Assembly (NCBI GenBank): GCA_041690595.1
Contig: JAWLHB010000018.1
Span: 1 to 64,000, forward strand
Source: Lentisphaeria bacterium
GTDB lineage: Bacteria > Verrucomicrobiota > Lentisphaeria > JABSQK01 > JAWLHB01
DNA: 64,000 bases
Direction of reading: 5' to 3'
Made by a program: the position numbers and the translations under genes
Part shown: positions 9,937 to 18,836 of the stretch, one piece after another
How positions within the stretch are numbered: the first letter of the stretch is position 1
Layout of the letters: the number at the start of each line of letters is the position of its first letter
The notes under the pieces: model-generated
The model's database searches: none
Told to the model about the DNA's origin: nothing
What the model saw: the letters and a program-made list of their open reading frames with translations, nothing else

Positions 9937-9957
9937 GCAACGGGCAGGGGAGTCGCG

Positions 9958-11013
9958 ATGAGCAAACGGGAGGTGTGGCGGGTGACGCCGGGGCGGCTGG
10001 AGAGTCTGCGCCTGGAGGGGGAAGAGATGGGAGAGCTGCCGGCGGGGAGGGTGCGGGTGGCGGTGGAAGCTGTGGGGCTGAACTTTGCCGACGTCTTTGC
10101 GTGTCTGGGGCTCTACTCAGCGGCGCCGAAGGTGCCGTTTGTGCCGGGGCTGGAGTTCGCGGGGATGGTGCTGGAGGCGGAGAGGGAGACGGGCTTCGCG
10201 GCGGGCGACCGGGTGCTGGGGGTGACGCGCTTCGGGGGGTTCGCGACGCTGATCGATGCCGATCCGCGGGCGCTGCAGCCTCTGCCGGATGGGTGGAGCG
10301 CGGAGGAGGGAGCGGCCTTTGCCGTGCAGGCGATGACGGCCTGGTATGCGCTGCGACGGCTGGGAGATGTGCGGCCGGGACAGACGGTGCTGGTGCATTC
10401 GGCGGCGGGAGGGGTCGGGCTGCAGGCGCTGGCCATGCTGGAGGCGATCGGCGCGCGGGCCGTCGGTACGGTCGGTCACGCAGAGAAGGTGATCTTTCTG
10501 GTGAAGCAGGCGCGACTGGACGAGAGCCGGGTCCTGGTTCGGGATGAAGCGCGTTTCGGCGATCAACTCGACGAGGCGCTGGGAGAGCTGGGGGTGAGCG
10601 GTTTTGACTTGATACTGGACAGCCTTGGCGGGAGCTTTCTGCGGCCAGGGTATGATCGCCTGCTGCCGGGGGGCCGGCTGGTGGTCTTCGGCTCGGGGGT
10701 GATGATGCCGGGCGGGCGCCGCCGCAACTGGCTCCGGCTGGGCTGGCGGTATTTGCGTCGGCCACGCCTCGATCCGCTGGCGATGATCGGCGAGAATCGC
10801 AGCGTGATGGGTTTCAACCTGATCCGGCTGTGGGATCGGATCGAGGAGATGGGGGAGCTGTGCGGAGAGATCCGGGCGTTGGGGCTGACGGCGCCGCACA
10901 TCGGCGAGCGCTTTGGGTTCGACCGTCTGCCGGAGGCGTTGCGGCGCTTTCAGAGCGGACGAACGGTCGGTAAGGTGGTGGTGGTGACGGGACAATCGAC
11001 GGAGGAAGGGTAG
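9958..11013 (+). CDS. Zinc-independent MDR oxidoreductase (quinone reductase/VAT-1-like)
   Basis: GLNFAD, PGLEFAG, HSAAGGVG and C-terminal GKVVV motifs. Confidence 0.9.
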   Translation: MSKREVWRVTPGRLESLRLEGEEMGELPAGRVRVAVEAVGLNFADVFACLGLYSAAPKVPFVPGLEFAGMVLEAERETGFAAGDRVLGVTRFGGFATLIDADPRALQPLPDGWSAEEGAAFAVQAMTAWYALRRLGDVRPGQTVLVHSAAGGVGLQALAMLEAIGARAVGTVGHAEKVIFLVKQARLDESRVLVRDEARFGDQLDEALGELGVSGFDLILDSLGGSFLRPGYDRLLPGGRLVVFGSGVMMPGGRRRNWLRLGWRYLRRPRLDPLAMIGENRSVMGFNLIRLWDRIEEMGELCGEIRALGLTAPHIGERFGFDRLPEALRRFQSGRTVGKVVVVTGQSTEEG

Positions 11014-11931
11014 ATGAGTGGGGAGCGTTACGATATCATCGGGCTGGGCACAACCGCGGTGGATGAGTTCATCTACGTGCCGCGCTTTCCAACAGAAGAT
11101 ACGAAGATGGCATTCAGCCGTCGGATGCAGCAGTGCGGCGGGCTGACGGCGACGGCGCTGGTGGCCGCGAGCCGGCTGGGGGCGCGCTGCGCCTACGCGG
11201 GACAGCTGGGGGATGACGATTTGTCGGCGACAGTGGCGGCGGCGCTGCGGCGGGAGGGGGTCGATCTCTCGCATGCGGTGCAGGTGGCGGAAGCACGGCC
11301 GTACGCGGCGACGATTCTGGTGGTGGAGAACAGCGGGACGCGCACGATCCTGGCGCGGCAGCCGGAGGTGATCGGCGCGCACCCGCGATTGCCGGCGGCT
11401 GAGGTGATCCGCTCGGCGAAGGCGCTGTTCGTGGATCCAAAAGGGCTGGATGGGCAGGTGCGGGCGGCGGAGATTGCGCGGGCGGCGGGAATGGCGGTGA
11501 TCGGGGATGTCGAGCACGATGCGCCAGGGCTCGGAAGGTTGCTGCCGCTGATCGATCACCTGATCGTGCCGCGGAAGGGAGCCGCCGAGCTGTGCGGTGA
11601 AGGAGATCCCGGCAGGGCCGCGGCGGCGCTGTTGCGCGACGATCGCGACGTGGTGGTGGTCACGTGCGGCGCGGAGGGGGGCTGGGTGGCGAGTCGCGAG
11701 CAGGAGACGGCGCGGCATTTTGCCGCCTATGGCGTCGAGGTGGTGGATACCACAGGCTGTGGGGATGCCTTTCACGGCGCTTATGCCGCCGCCTGGTGCG
11801 AAGAGATGCCGCTCTACGACCGCGTGAGGTGGGCGGCGGCGACCGCGGCATTGAAGGCAATGCACCCCGGTGGACAATCGGGACTGCCAACGCGAAAAAT
11901 GCTGGAAGATTTTCTCCGAAGCCGGGCATAA
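11014..11931 (+). CDS. PfkB/ribokinase family carbohydrate kinase
   Basis: N-terminal GG...ASRLG signature and DTTGCGDAF. Confidence 0.92.
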   Translation: MSGERYDIIGLGTTAVDEFIYVPRFPTEDTKMAFSRRMQQCGGLTATALVAASRLGARCAYAGQLGDDDLSATVAAALRREGVDLSHAVQVAEARPYAATILVVENSGTRTILARQPEVIGAHPRLPAAEVIRSAKALFVDPKGLDGQVRAAEIARAAGMAVIGDVEHDAPGLGRLLPLIDHLIVPRKGAAELCGEGDPGRAAAALLRDDRDVVVVTCGAEGGWVASREQETARHFAAYGVEVVDTTGCGDAFHGAYAAAWCEEMPLYDRVRWAAATAALKAMHPGGQSGLPTRKMLEDFLRSRA

Positions 11932-12172
11932 CCTGCTAAGTGCTTGCAACGCAGATAGTTACGTATCTTATCCGAGAAAAGTTTTCGGGCGATTTGGCGT
12001 CGCGGACGATGCAAAACGTTAGGTGAACGTTTGCTTTGTAAAATGGGCTCGCCTATTTTAGCAAGGAGGCTGTTCGTCCTTGGCGCTATCGCTTTATGAT
12101 AGTAATGAGGATGAGCTGGAGCGAGGCGCCGGCAGGATGAGAATCACCCAGCTCTAAGGATGTCCCCCAGCC

Positions 12173-13768
12173 ATGAAGAATGCCCCCCGACTACTGCTCA
12201 TTACGGATGATCGACCAGAAAGCTCAATGCTCGCAGCCGAACTTCGGGAGCATCATCGAGACAGCTTTGTTGACATTGTGCATACTGCGGATGCACTGGA
12301 GAGAGCTATCGGGGGAGAGGCTCCAGATCTGGTCTTGCTGAGCTTCGACCTGACGTGGACATCCCCGACGGAGTTGCTTGGCCGCGTGGTAGCGTCGTGG
12401 CCGCTGCATCCGGTTGTCGTCTGCGCGCAGAATGGCAGCGAGGAACTGGCGGTGGAAGCGCTGAAGGCGGGGGCGGTGGATTACGTGGCATTGAGCAGCG
12501 GTAGCAGCCGCTTCGACAGGGCGGTTTGCGAGGCGCTCGCTCTGCCGCGGGTCGACCGGCAGACGGAATTGCGGCAGTTGCGCCTCAAGGCGATGCGGTT
12601 GGAGAATGACGTGACGAGCCTGCAACAGGGGCAGAACCGGCTGATCGCCGAGGAACGCATGAAGGCGCTGACGGAGATGGCCGGCGGCATCTCGCATGAC
12701 TTCAACAATGCGCTCTGCATCATCCAGGGCTTTGTGGAGCTGCTGTTGCTGCGTCCCGTATCGCAACAGGATAGCGAGCGGGTGGATCATTACCTGAATA
12801 TGATCCATAACACGACGTTGGAGACGGCCCAGGTGGTCCGGAGGCTGCGCGACTTCTATCGCCAGCGCAACACCACTCAGTTGCAGACGGTGCTGGGCCT
12901 GGACAGGCTGGTGAACAGCGTCTTGAAAGACCGGGCGGAGGCTCTGCGAAGGCAGGGGATCGACGTGGTGACGAACCTGCCGGACAAGCTATATGTGCGT
13001 GGCTGCTGGGAGGAGCTGCTGGATGCGGTAGGAATGCTGATCGACAATGCAAGTGAAGCGATGGCGGATGGCGGCTCGATCCGGATCGAAACCAGCGTGG
13101 ACGGAGACGAGGTGATCCTGGCGTTCAGCGATACGGGGTGCGGCATGAGCGAGTCGGAGATCGGGCGCTGCATCGAGCCCTTCTTCACGACCAAGGGTGC
13201 GGGGCGAAAGGGCCTGGGCTTGTCAACGGTTCATGGTACGGCCATGCGGCATGGCGGCGCGCTTCGCATCGAGAGCAGCAAGCAGCAGGGCACCCGGGTT
13301 CTGCTTCGCCTGCCGCTTTGCCATCATAGCCTGAGTTTCGATTCGGAAAGACTTCGCGAAAGCTGGCGTGCCTCGCACAGCTGCTCGATCCTGGTAGCGG
13401 AGGACGCGGAGTCGGTGCGCGAGATTCTTGCGGAGATGCTGGTCGCGCAGGGGCACCACGTGGCTGCCTGCGGCAGTTCGAAGGAGGCGCTCGAGCGCTT
13501 CACAAGTCAGCAGTTCGACGTGGTGATCTGTGATCGGGATCTTTCCGGTATGGGTGGCGAGGCGCTGGCCGCCAGGTTGCGCCAGTTGCGACCGGATCAG
13601 CCGATCATCCTGCTGACCGGGCTGGCAAGCGTGATGCAGGCGGAGGGCAAATGGCCGGCCAATGTGGACGTGGTCGTGTCGAAGCCGATCGATTTCGCCA
13701 AGCTGGAGATCTGCCTGGCGGAGTTGACCGAGCACCGCCACGAGCTGCCGATAGCCCTTTACGTGTAG
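12173..13768 (+). CDS. Cytoplasmic hybrid histidine kinase (REC-HisKA-HATPase-REC)
   Basis: GGISHDFNN H-box, DTGCGM and PFFTTK..GLGLS boxes; receiver domains at both ends. Confidence 0.92.
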   Translation: MKNAPRLLLITDDRPESSMLAAELREHHRDSFVDIVHTADALERAIGGEAPDLVLLSFDLTWTSPTELLGRVVASWPLHPVVVCAQNGSEELAVEALKAGAVDYVALSSGSSRFDRAVCEALALPRVDRQTELRQLRLKAMRLENDVTSLQQGQNRLIAEERMKALTEMAGGISHDFNNALCIIQGFVELLLLRPVSQQDSERVDHYLNMIHNTTLETAQVVRRLRDFYRQRNTTQLQTVLGLDRLVNSVLKDRAEALRRQGIDVVTNLPDKLYVRGCWEELLDAVGMLIDNASEAMADGGSIRIETSVDGDEVILAFSDTGCGMSESEIGRCIEPFFTTKGAGRKGLGLSTVHGTAMRHGGALRIESSKQQGTRVLLRLPLCHHSLSFDSERLRESWRASHSCSILVAEDAESVREILAEMLVAQGHHVAACGSSKEALERFTSQQFDVVICDRDLSGMGGEALAARLRQLRPDQPIILLTGLASVMQAEGKWPANVDVVVSKPIDFAKLEICLAELTEHRHELPIALYV

Positions 13769-13964
13769 CTCGGCTTACTCGGCTTCTGCGGCTTCAGGCA
13801 CAGGGGTTGCTATTGGGGTAAAAGCAGGTTACAGTCCGCTTGGAATGGAAGCCGGAGCGATGGAATCTTGTGCGAAAGATCGGCGCCGGGAGTTGCGGAT
13901 GCAGACAGGGTGGCGCTGACAGATGCACCGATCCTGAAGACGCGCTGCATCGAGTAGATGGACA

Positions 13965-14037
13965 CTCAGGCCGGGCCCGAGCTGGACCGGCGTGAGGGGC
14001 CGTGACGGCGTATTGCCGTAGAGGACGGCAGCTTTTT
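13965..14037 (+). promoter_or_regulatory. Structured 5' leader / attenuator upstream of sulP (candidate cis-regulatory RNA)
   Basis: Hairpin GCCGGGCC/GGACCGGC (13970-13991). Terminator TGCCGT-AGAGG-ACGGCA-GC-T5 (14014-14037), with a competing ACGGCG at 14005-14010. Confidence 0.6.
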
Positions 14038-14068
14038 AACCCTGATTGATACGGAGTCTTAGTGTTTG

Positions 14069-15559
14069 ATGGTGTCACTGTCGTTGAATTACCTGAGAGA
14101 GAACTGGCTGGGGAATGTTCGCAATGAGGTGCTGGCAGGCATGGTGGTGGCGTTGGCGCTCATCCCGGAAGCGATCGCCTTTTCGATCATTGCGGGGGTG
14201 GACCCGAAAGTAGGGCTTTACGCGTCCTTCAGTATCGCGGTGGTCATTGCGTTTGCGGGCGGGCGGGCCGGCATGATCTCGGCTGCCACGGGGGCGATGG
14301 CGCTGGTGATGGTGATGCTGGTAAAGGAACACGGCCTGCAGTACCTGCTGGCAGCCACCATCCTGACGGGCGTTCTACAGATCCTGGCCGGACTGTTCAA
14401 GCTGGGAACCTTGATGCGCTTTGTCTCACGCTCGGTGGTGACAGGCTTCGTGAACGCGCTGGCGATCCTGATCTTCATGGCGCAGTTGCCGGAGTTCAGG
14501 GGGGCGGGTTTGCTCATGTACGGAATGGTGGCCTTCGGGCTGGCGATCATCTACATTCTGCCCCGCTTCACCAAGGCGATCCCATCGCCCCTGGTCTGTA
14601 TCGTGCTGCTGACCGCCATCAGCATGGCCATGGGGCTGGATCTGCGCACCGTTGGGGATATGGGGGCGTTACCCTCGACATTGCCGGTCTTCCTGCTGCC
14701 GGATATTCCGCTGAACCTGGAGACGCTGCGGATCATTCTTCCTTACGCACTGACGCTCACCGCGGTGGGACTTCTGGAGTCGCTGATGACGGCGACGATC
14801 GTGGACGACCTGACCGATACGCCGAGCAACAAGAATCGGGAGTGCACGGGGCAGGGGCTGGCCAACATCGTCAGCGGCTTCTTCGGGGGCATGGCCGGCT
14901 GTGCGATGATTGGGCAATCCGTCATCAACGTCAAGTCTGGAGGTCGCGGACGGCTGTCGACGCTGGTCGCGGGGCTCTTCCTGCTCTTCCTCATTCTGGT
15001 GCTGGGCGAGTGGGCAAGGCGCATCCCGATGGCCGCGCTGGTGGCAGTGATGATCATGGTGTCGATCGGCACGTTCAGCTGGCAGTCGATTCGGAATCTG
15101 GCCACGTATCCGAAGAGTTCCAGCCTGGTGATGATCACCACCGTCCTGGTGGTGGTGCTGACGCACGATCTGGCAATGGGGGTCTTTGCGGGAGTCCTCA
15201 TGAGTGCCCTCTTCTTTGCGCGGAAGGTATCGCAGCTGCTGAAGATCGAGTCGACGCTTTCCGAGGACAGGTTACGACGCACCTACGTGGTCCATGGACA
15301 GGTCTTCTTTGCGTCGGCGGAGCGCTTTATCGGCGCGTTCGACTTCAAGGAAGTGGTCGAGCGGGTGACCATCGATGTGAGCAGCGCCCATTTCTGGGAC
15401 ATCTCGGCGGTGGGAGCGCTGGACACGGTGGTGCTGAAGTTCCGGCGCGACGGCACGGAGGTGGAGTTGATCGGTATGAACGAAGCCAGTGCTACAATCG
15501 TGGACCGCCTCGCCGTTCACGACAAGCCGAATGCGCTCGAACTCATGAACCAACACTGA
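14069..15559 (+). CDS. SulP family anion transporter with C-terminal STAS domain
   Basis: [25 protein letters not shown] and [11 protein letters not shown] motifs; many TM helices. Confidence 0.95.
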   Translation: MVSLSLNYLRENWLGNVRNEVLAGMVVALALIPEAIAFSIIAGVDPKVGLYASFSIAVVIAFAGGRAGMISAATGAMALVMVMLVKEHGLQYLLAATILTGVLQILAGLFKLGTLMRFVSRSVVTGFVNALAILIFMAQLPEFRGAGLLMYGMVAFGLAIIYILPRFTKAIPSPLVCIVLLTAISMAMGLDLRTVGDMGALPSTLPVFLLPDIPLNLETLRIILPYALTLTAVGLLESLMTATIVDDLTDTPSNKNRECTGQGLANIVSGFFGGMAGCAMIGQSVINVKSGGRGRLSTLVAGLFLLFLILVLGEWARRIPMAALVAVMIMVSIGTFSWQSIRNLATYPKSSSLVMITTVLVVVLTHDLAMGVFAGVLMSALFFARKVSQLLKIESTLSEDRLRRTYVVHGQVFFASAERFIGAFDFKEVVERVTIDVSSAHFWDISAVGALDTVVLKFRRDGTEVELIGMNEASATIVDRLAVHDKPNALELMNQH

Positions 15560-15569
15560 GGAGGCGACC

Positions 15570-16427
15570 ATGCCTGCACGATTACTCGTATGCATCGACG
15601 GATCCGCGTATGCCGACACCGTTTGCGCAATGGCCGGCTGGGTGGCAAAACGGCTCGATGCCGAGATCGACCTGCTGCACGTCTTGCGCCGCCATTCGGA
15701 TTATGAAGCTCCGGCATCTGACCATACCGGCTCGATCGGGCTTGGCGCCCGCAGCGGGCTTCTGGAGGAGCTGACGAAGGTCGACGAAGCGCGGGGGCGC
15801 CTGGATCAGCAGAAGGGTCGGCTCATCCTGGAGCACGGCGAGCGCGTACTGAAGGAGGCAGGGGTGCGGAACGTCAATCTGTTCCATCGCAGGGGAAGCC
15901 TGACGGATACGGTGCAGGAATTGGAAGCGAGCGTGGACATGATCTTCATCGGCAAGCGCGGTGAGCATGCTGACATGAACTCGGTCTTTCTCGGCTCGAA
16001 TCTGGAGAAGACCGCGCGCGCCATCCACAAGCCGCTCTTCGTAATCCCTTCGGCAATTCGTCCCATCGCGCATTTCCTCATTGCCTATGACGGACAGGAG
16101 AGCGTGCGCAAGGCCGTCGACTATCTGGTGCGGTCGCCCTTGCTCAAGGGGCTGGACTGCCATCTCCTGGCGGTCGATACGGCGACCGTCACGATCGATA
16201 TGACCGGCACCGAGCAACGCCTGCGCGACGCGGGTTTCACCCTGCAGGTGACGCATTCACGCGATGTCCACGCGGATCAAGCAATCGCCGCCCATGTGAA
16301 CGATCATGAGATCGACCTGCTGGTCACCGGAGCTTACAGCCACTCGCGGGTCCGTACTCTCCTGCTGGGCAGCACGACCGCCTCCCTGATCAAGTCCTGC
16401 CGCATTCCCCTGCTCCTCTTCAGATAG
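15570..16427 (+). CDS. Tandem-domain universal stress protein
   Basis: LLVCIDGS, GKRG...LGSNLE and GAYSHSR..LLGSTT; GAGGAGG RBS. Confidence 0.93.
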   Translation: MPARLLVCIDGSAYADTVCAMAGWVAKRLDAEIDLLHVLRRHSDYEAPASDHTGSIGLGARSGLLEELTKVDEARGRLDQQKGRLILEHGERVLKEAGVRNVNLFHRRGSLTDTVQELEASVDMIFIGKRGEHADMNSVFLGSNLEKTARAIHKPLFVIPSAIRPIAHFLIAYDGQESVRKAVDYLVRSPLLKGLDCHLLAVDTATVTIDMTGTEQRLRDAGFTLQVTHSRDVHADQAIAAHVNDHEIDLLVTGAYSHSRVRTLLLGSTTASLIKSCRIPLLLFR

Positions 16428-16439
16428 GGGATCTGCGCT

Positions 16440-17498
16440 TCAGGAAGGATCGAGTTCGGCCAGGCGCCGACTCAATTCTTCCACCTGCTTCTGCAAGGAC
16501 TTGAGCTGGCTATGCATGTCAGGCAGACGCTGATAAAGGACGCTGCAGCGCATGAACTTGGCGCGGGGCATGGCCGGCATTCCCATCAGCGTGGCGCCGG
16601 GCTCGACATCCGACATGGGACCGGACTTGCCCATGATGGTGGCGCCGTCGCCAATGTGGATATGGCCAGGCGCTCCGGATTGCCCGGCCATGATCACATG
16701 CTTGCCAAGGATGGCGCTGCCGGAGATGCCCACTTGCGCGACAATGACGCTGTGCTCGCCGATGACGACGTTGTGCGCAATCTGCACCAGATTGTCGACC
16801 TTGACGCCGCGTTTGATCCAGGTGCGCCCAAAGCGTGCCCGGTCGACGGTGACGCAGGCGCCCAGTTCCACATCGTCGTCGATCTGAACCATGCCGATCT
16901 GCGGAATCTTGGTGTGCCCCTCCTTGCTCATCTCGAAGCCAAAGCCGTCACTGCCGATCACGGTTCCGGAATGAACGATGACGCGATCACCCAGAATGCA
17001 GGCCTCGCGGACCGTCACGTTCGGATAGAGATGGCAGTCGCGCCCAATCCGCGCTCCATGGCCGATGTAGGTGCCCGCGCCAATGATGGTCTTCTCGCCG
17101 ATGACCGCGCCCTCTTCGATGACGGCACAGGCGCCGATGCTGGCTGACGGCGCGACCGTCGCACCCTCGGCTACGACTGCCGCGGGGTGAGTGCCGGGAG
17201 TCGGCACCAGAGGCGCCGGGGCAAAGTCCACCACCAGTTGCGAAAAGGCACGGTTGGGATTGTCACAGCGGATATAGGCTCGGCCTGGAGGCGGTTCCGC
17301 GGCGTAATCGATCGGCACGAGAACAATGCCTGCCTCGGTGGTCGCCACCTGCGCGCGGTACTTTTCATTACCCAGGAAGGAGACATGGCGCTCACCGGCG
17401 TCAGCCAGAGAGGCGACCGCGGAGACCTTCACGGACCCGTCGCCCACAAGGCTGCCGCCGACCTCTGCCGCGATGTCGGCTGCACTCTTTTCCGCCAT
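16440..17498 (-). CDS. lpxD: UDP-3-O-acylglucosamine N-acyltransferase
   Basis: Hexapeptide repeats, IGSDGFGF, KIPQIG, DRARFG and KVDNLVQIAHN. Confidence 0.96.
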   Translation of the reverse strand: MAEKSAADIAAEVGGSLVGDGSVKVSAVASLADAGERHVSFLGNEKYRAQVATTEAGIVLVPIDYAAEPPPGRAYIRCDNPNRAFSQLVVDFAPAPLVPTPGTHPAAVVAEGATVAPSASIGACAVIEEGAVIGEKTIIGAGTYIGHGARIGRDCHLYPNVTVREACILGDRVIVHSGTVIGSDGFGFEMSKEGHTKIPQIGMVQIDDDVELGACVTVDRARFGRTWIKRGVKVDNLVQIAHNVVIGEHSVIVAQVGISGSAILGKHVIMAGQSGAPGHIHIGDGATIMGKSGPMSDVEPGATLMGMPAMPRAKFMRCSVLYQRLPDMHSQLKSLQKQVEELSRRLAELDPS

Positions 17499-17501
17499 GG
17501 T

Positions 17502-18149
17502 TTACTGCCCTTCTTTTACGGGAGACTCTTTGCTGGCGGCCCGCCGCGCTTCATCGGCGGCTTCGATGGCAGCGTTGAGTTCCTTGATCTCTTCTTCATG
17601 ACCCTGATTGACCTGGCTGATGATCGTCTGGGTGACATCCATTTTGGCGTTGGCATAGAGAATAGGAGGAATGCCATTGCTGGTGACGCCGGAGGAATCG
17701 AGGAGCAGGTCGATGGCGTTATCCTGAGCGAATTTCTCGATGGTGGTGGTGAGTATGGCAAGGATCTCGCGGCGCTCGTCAAGCTTATTCTTCTCGACCT
17801 TGCGCTGGATCTGCCGAATATCGTTCTCGCGTTCCTGAATCTTGGCGACCAGGCGACGCCCTTCCTCACGATTCTCTTTCTTGGCTTCTTCGGACATGGT
17901 GAAGGACTTGTCGCGGCTGACGACTTCCTGCATCTGCACCTTGAGGGATTCGGTCTCATTTTCGAGCTTGATCAGGTACTCCATGTCAGCACTGGTGCGC
18001 AGCTCCTTCTCGAAGCGCTTGGTGCGGTAGAACGCGTCAAAAACGTCCTGCATATCGATGGTGGCAACGCTGATTTCGGCAAATGCTGAACCGCAGAGCA
18101 GGAGGCCAAGCAGGCAGCAGATCGTGAACGGTTTGGTAAGTCTGGCCAT
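17502..18149 (-). CDS. skp: OmpH/Skp periplasmic chaperone
   Basis: Signal peptide, IATIDMQDVF-like first strand, coiled coil and C-terminal DVTQTII; immediately upstream of lpxD. Confidence 0.82.
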   Translation of the reverse strand: MARLTKPFTICCLLGLLLCGSAFAEISVATIDMQDVFDAFYRTKRFEKELRTSADMEYLIKLENETESLKVQMQEVVSRDKSFTMSEEAKKENREEGRRLVAKIQERENDIRQIQRKVEKNKLDERREILAILTTTIEKFAQDNAIDLLLDSSGVTSNGIPPILYANAKMDVTQTIISQVNQGHEEEIKELNAAIEAADEARRAASKESPVKEGQ

Positions 18150-18173
18150 GCAGGGCCTCTCCTTCTTCATCGG

Positions 18174-18677
18174 TTAATTTTCTGTTTCCAGGCGCTCGAT
18201 GTCCTGCCGCAAATAGTCTACTACATCGCGAAATTTCGGCATGTTCTCGGGGTCGATCTGCATCAGCGTCTCGTGGGCCTCGAGAATGGTTCGTTCCGCG
18301 GTCAGAGGCTGATCGTCACGTTCGGTATGACAGAGAGTGGCCCAATTGACTTCGTCCAGAAGCGTGTGCGTGAAGACAAAGAGCTTCTTGAGCCCCAGGC
18401 CATAGAGCAGCTTCTTGAGCCGCTCATCGGCATTGACGATCTCCGCATTGAGTCCCTGCTTGCGGGCGCGAAGCCCGATCATGGCCAGCACCCCCATGAT
18501 GGTACTGTCCATGCCTTCACACTCGGAGAGGTCAATGTGCACATGCTTGATGTTCTTGTCGAGCACTCGCATGCCATAATCGCGAACACGCTGGCTGCAA
18601 GAGAAGGTGGCACGCCCGATCAAGCGGATCTGCGCATGCTCTTCGTCGTCAGCAACCAGTATTCTAGCATCGGCCAT
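18174..18677 (-). CDS. STAS-domain anti-sigma-factor antagonist (RsbV/SpoIIAA-like)
   Basis: IDLSECEGMDSTIMGVL phosphoacceptor motif; GAGGT RBS before the ATG at 18677. Confidence 0.85.
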   Translation of the reverse strand: MADARILVADDEEHAQIRLIGRATFSCSQRVRDYGMRVLDKNIKHVHIDLSECEGMDSTIMGVLAMIGLRARKQGLNAEIVNADERLKKLLYGLGLKKLFVFTHTLLDEVNWATLCHTERDDQPLTAERTILEAHETLMQIDPENMPKFRDVVDYLRQDIERLETEN

Positions 18678-18836
18678 GTCAGCCACCTCTTGCATGTGTA
18701 GCGGGAACAGCCATTCGCCGACAATTCCCATTATCGATTAGTATAGACGAAGCTGGAGAAAATGCCACCTCCTTTGCCTGCTCACACATCGGCATGGGCG
18801 GGTTGCAGGCCATGCCCTCCGCGGTTAACTTTCGGC

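Noticed and set aside
10117..11949. 610-aa minus-strand ORF and similar long overlapping ORFs (19316-20800, 30268-31767, 59276-60724)
   Set aside because: Arg/Pro/His-rich shadow or alternate frames of well-supported genes.
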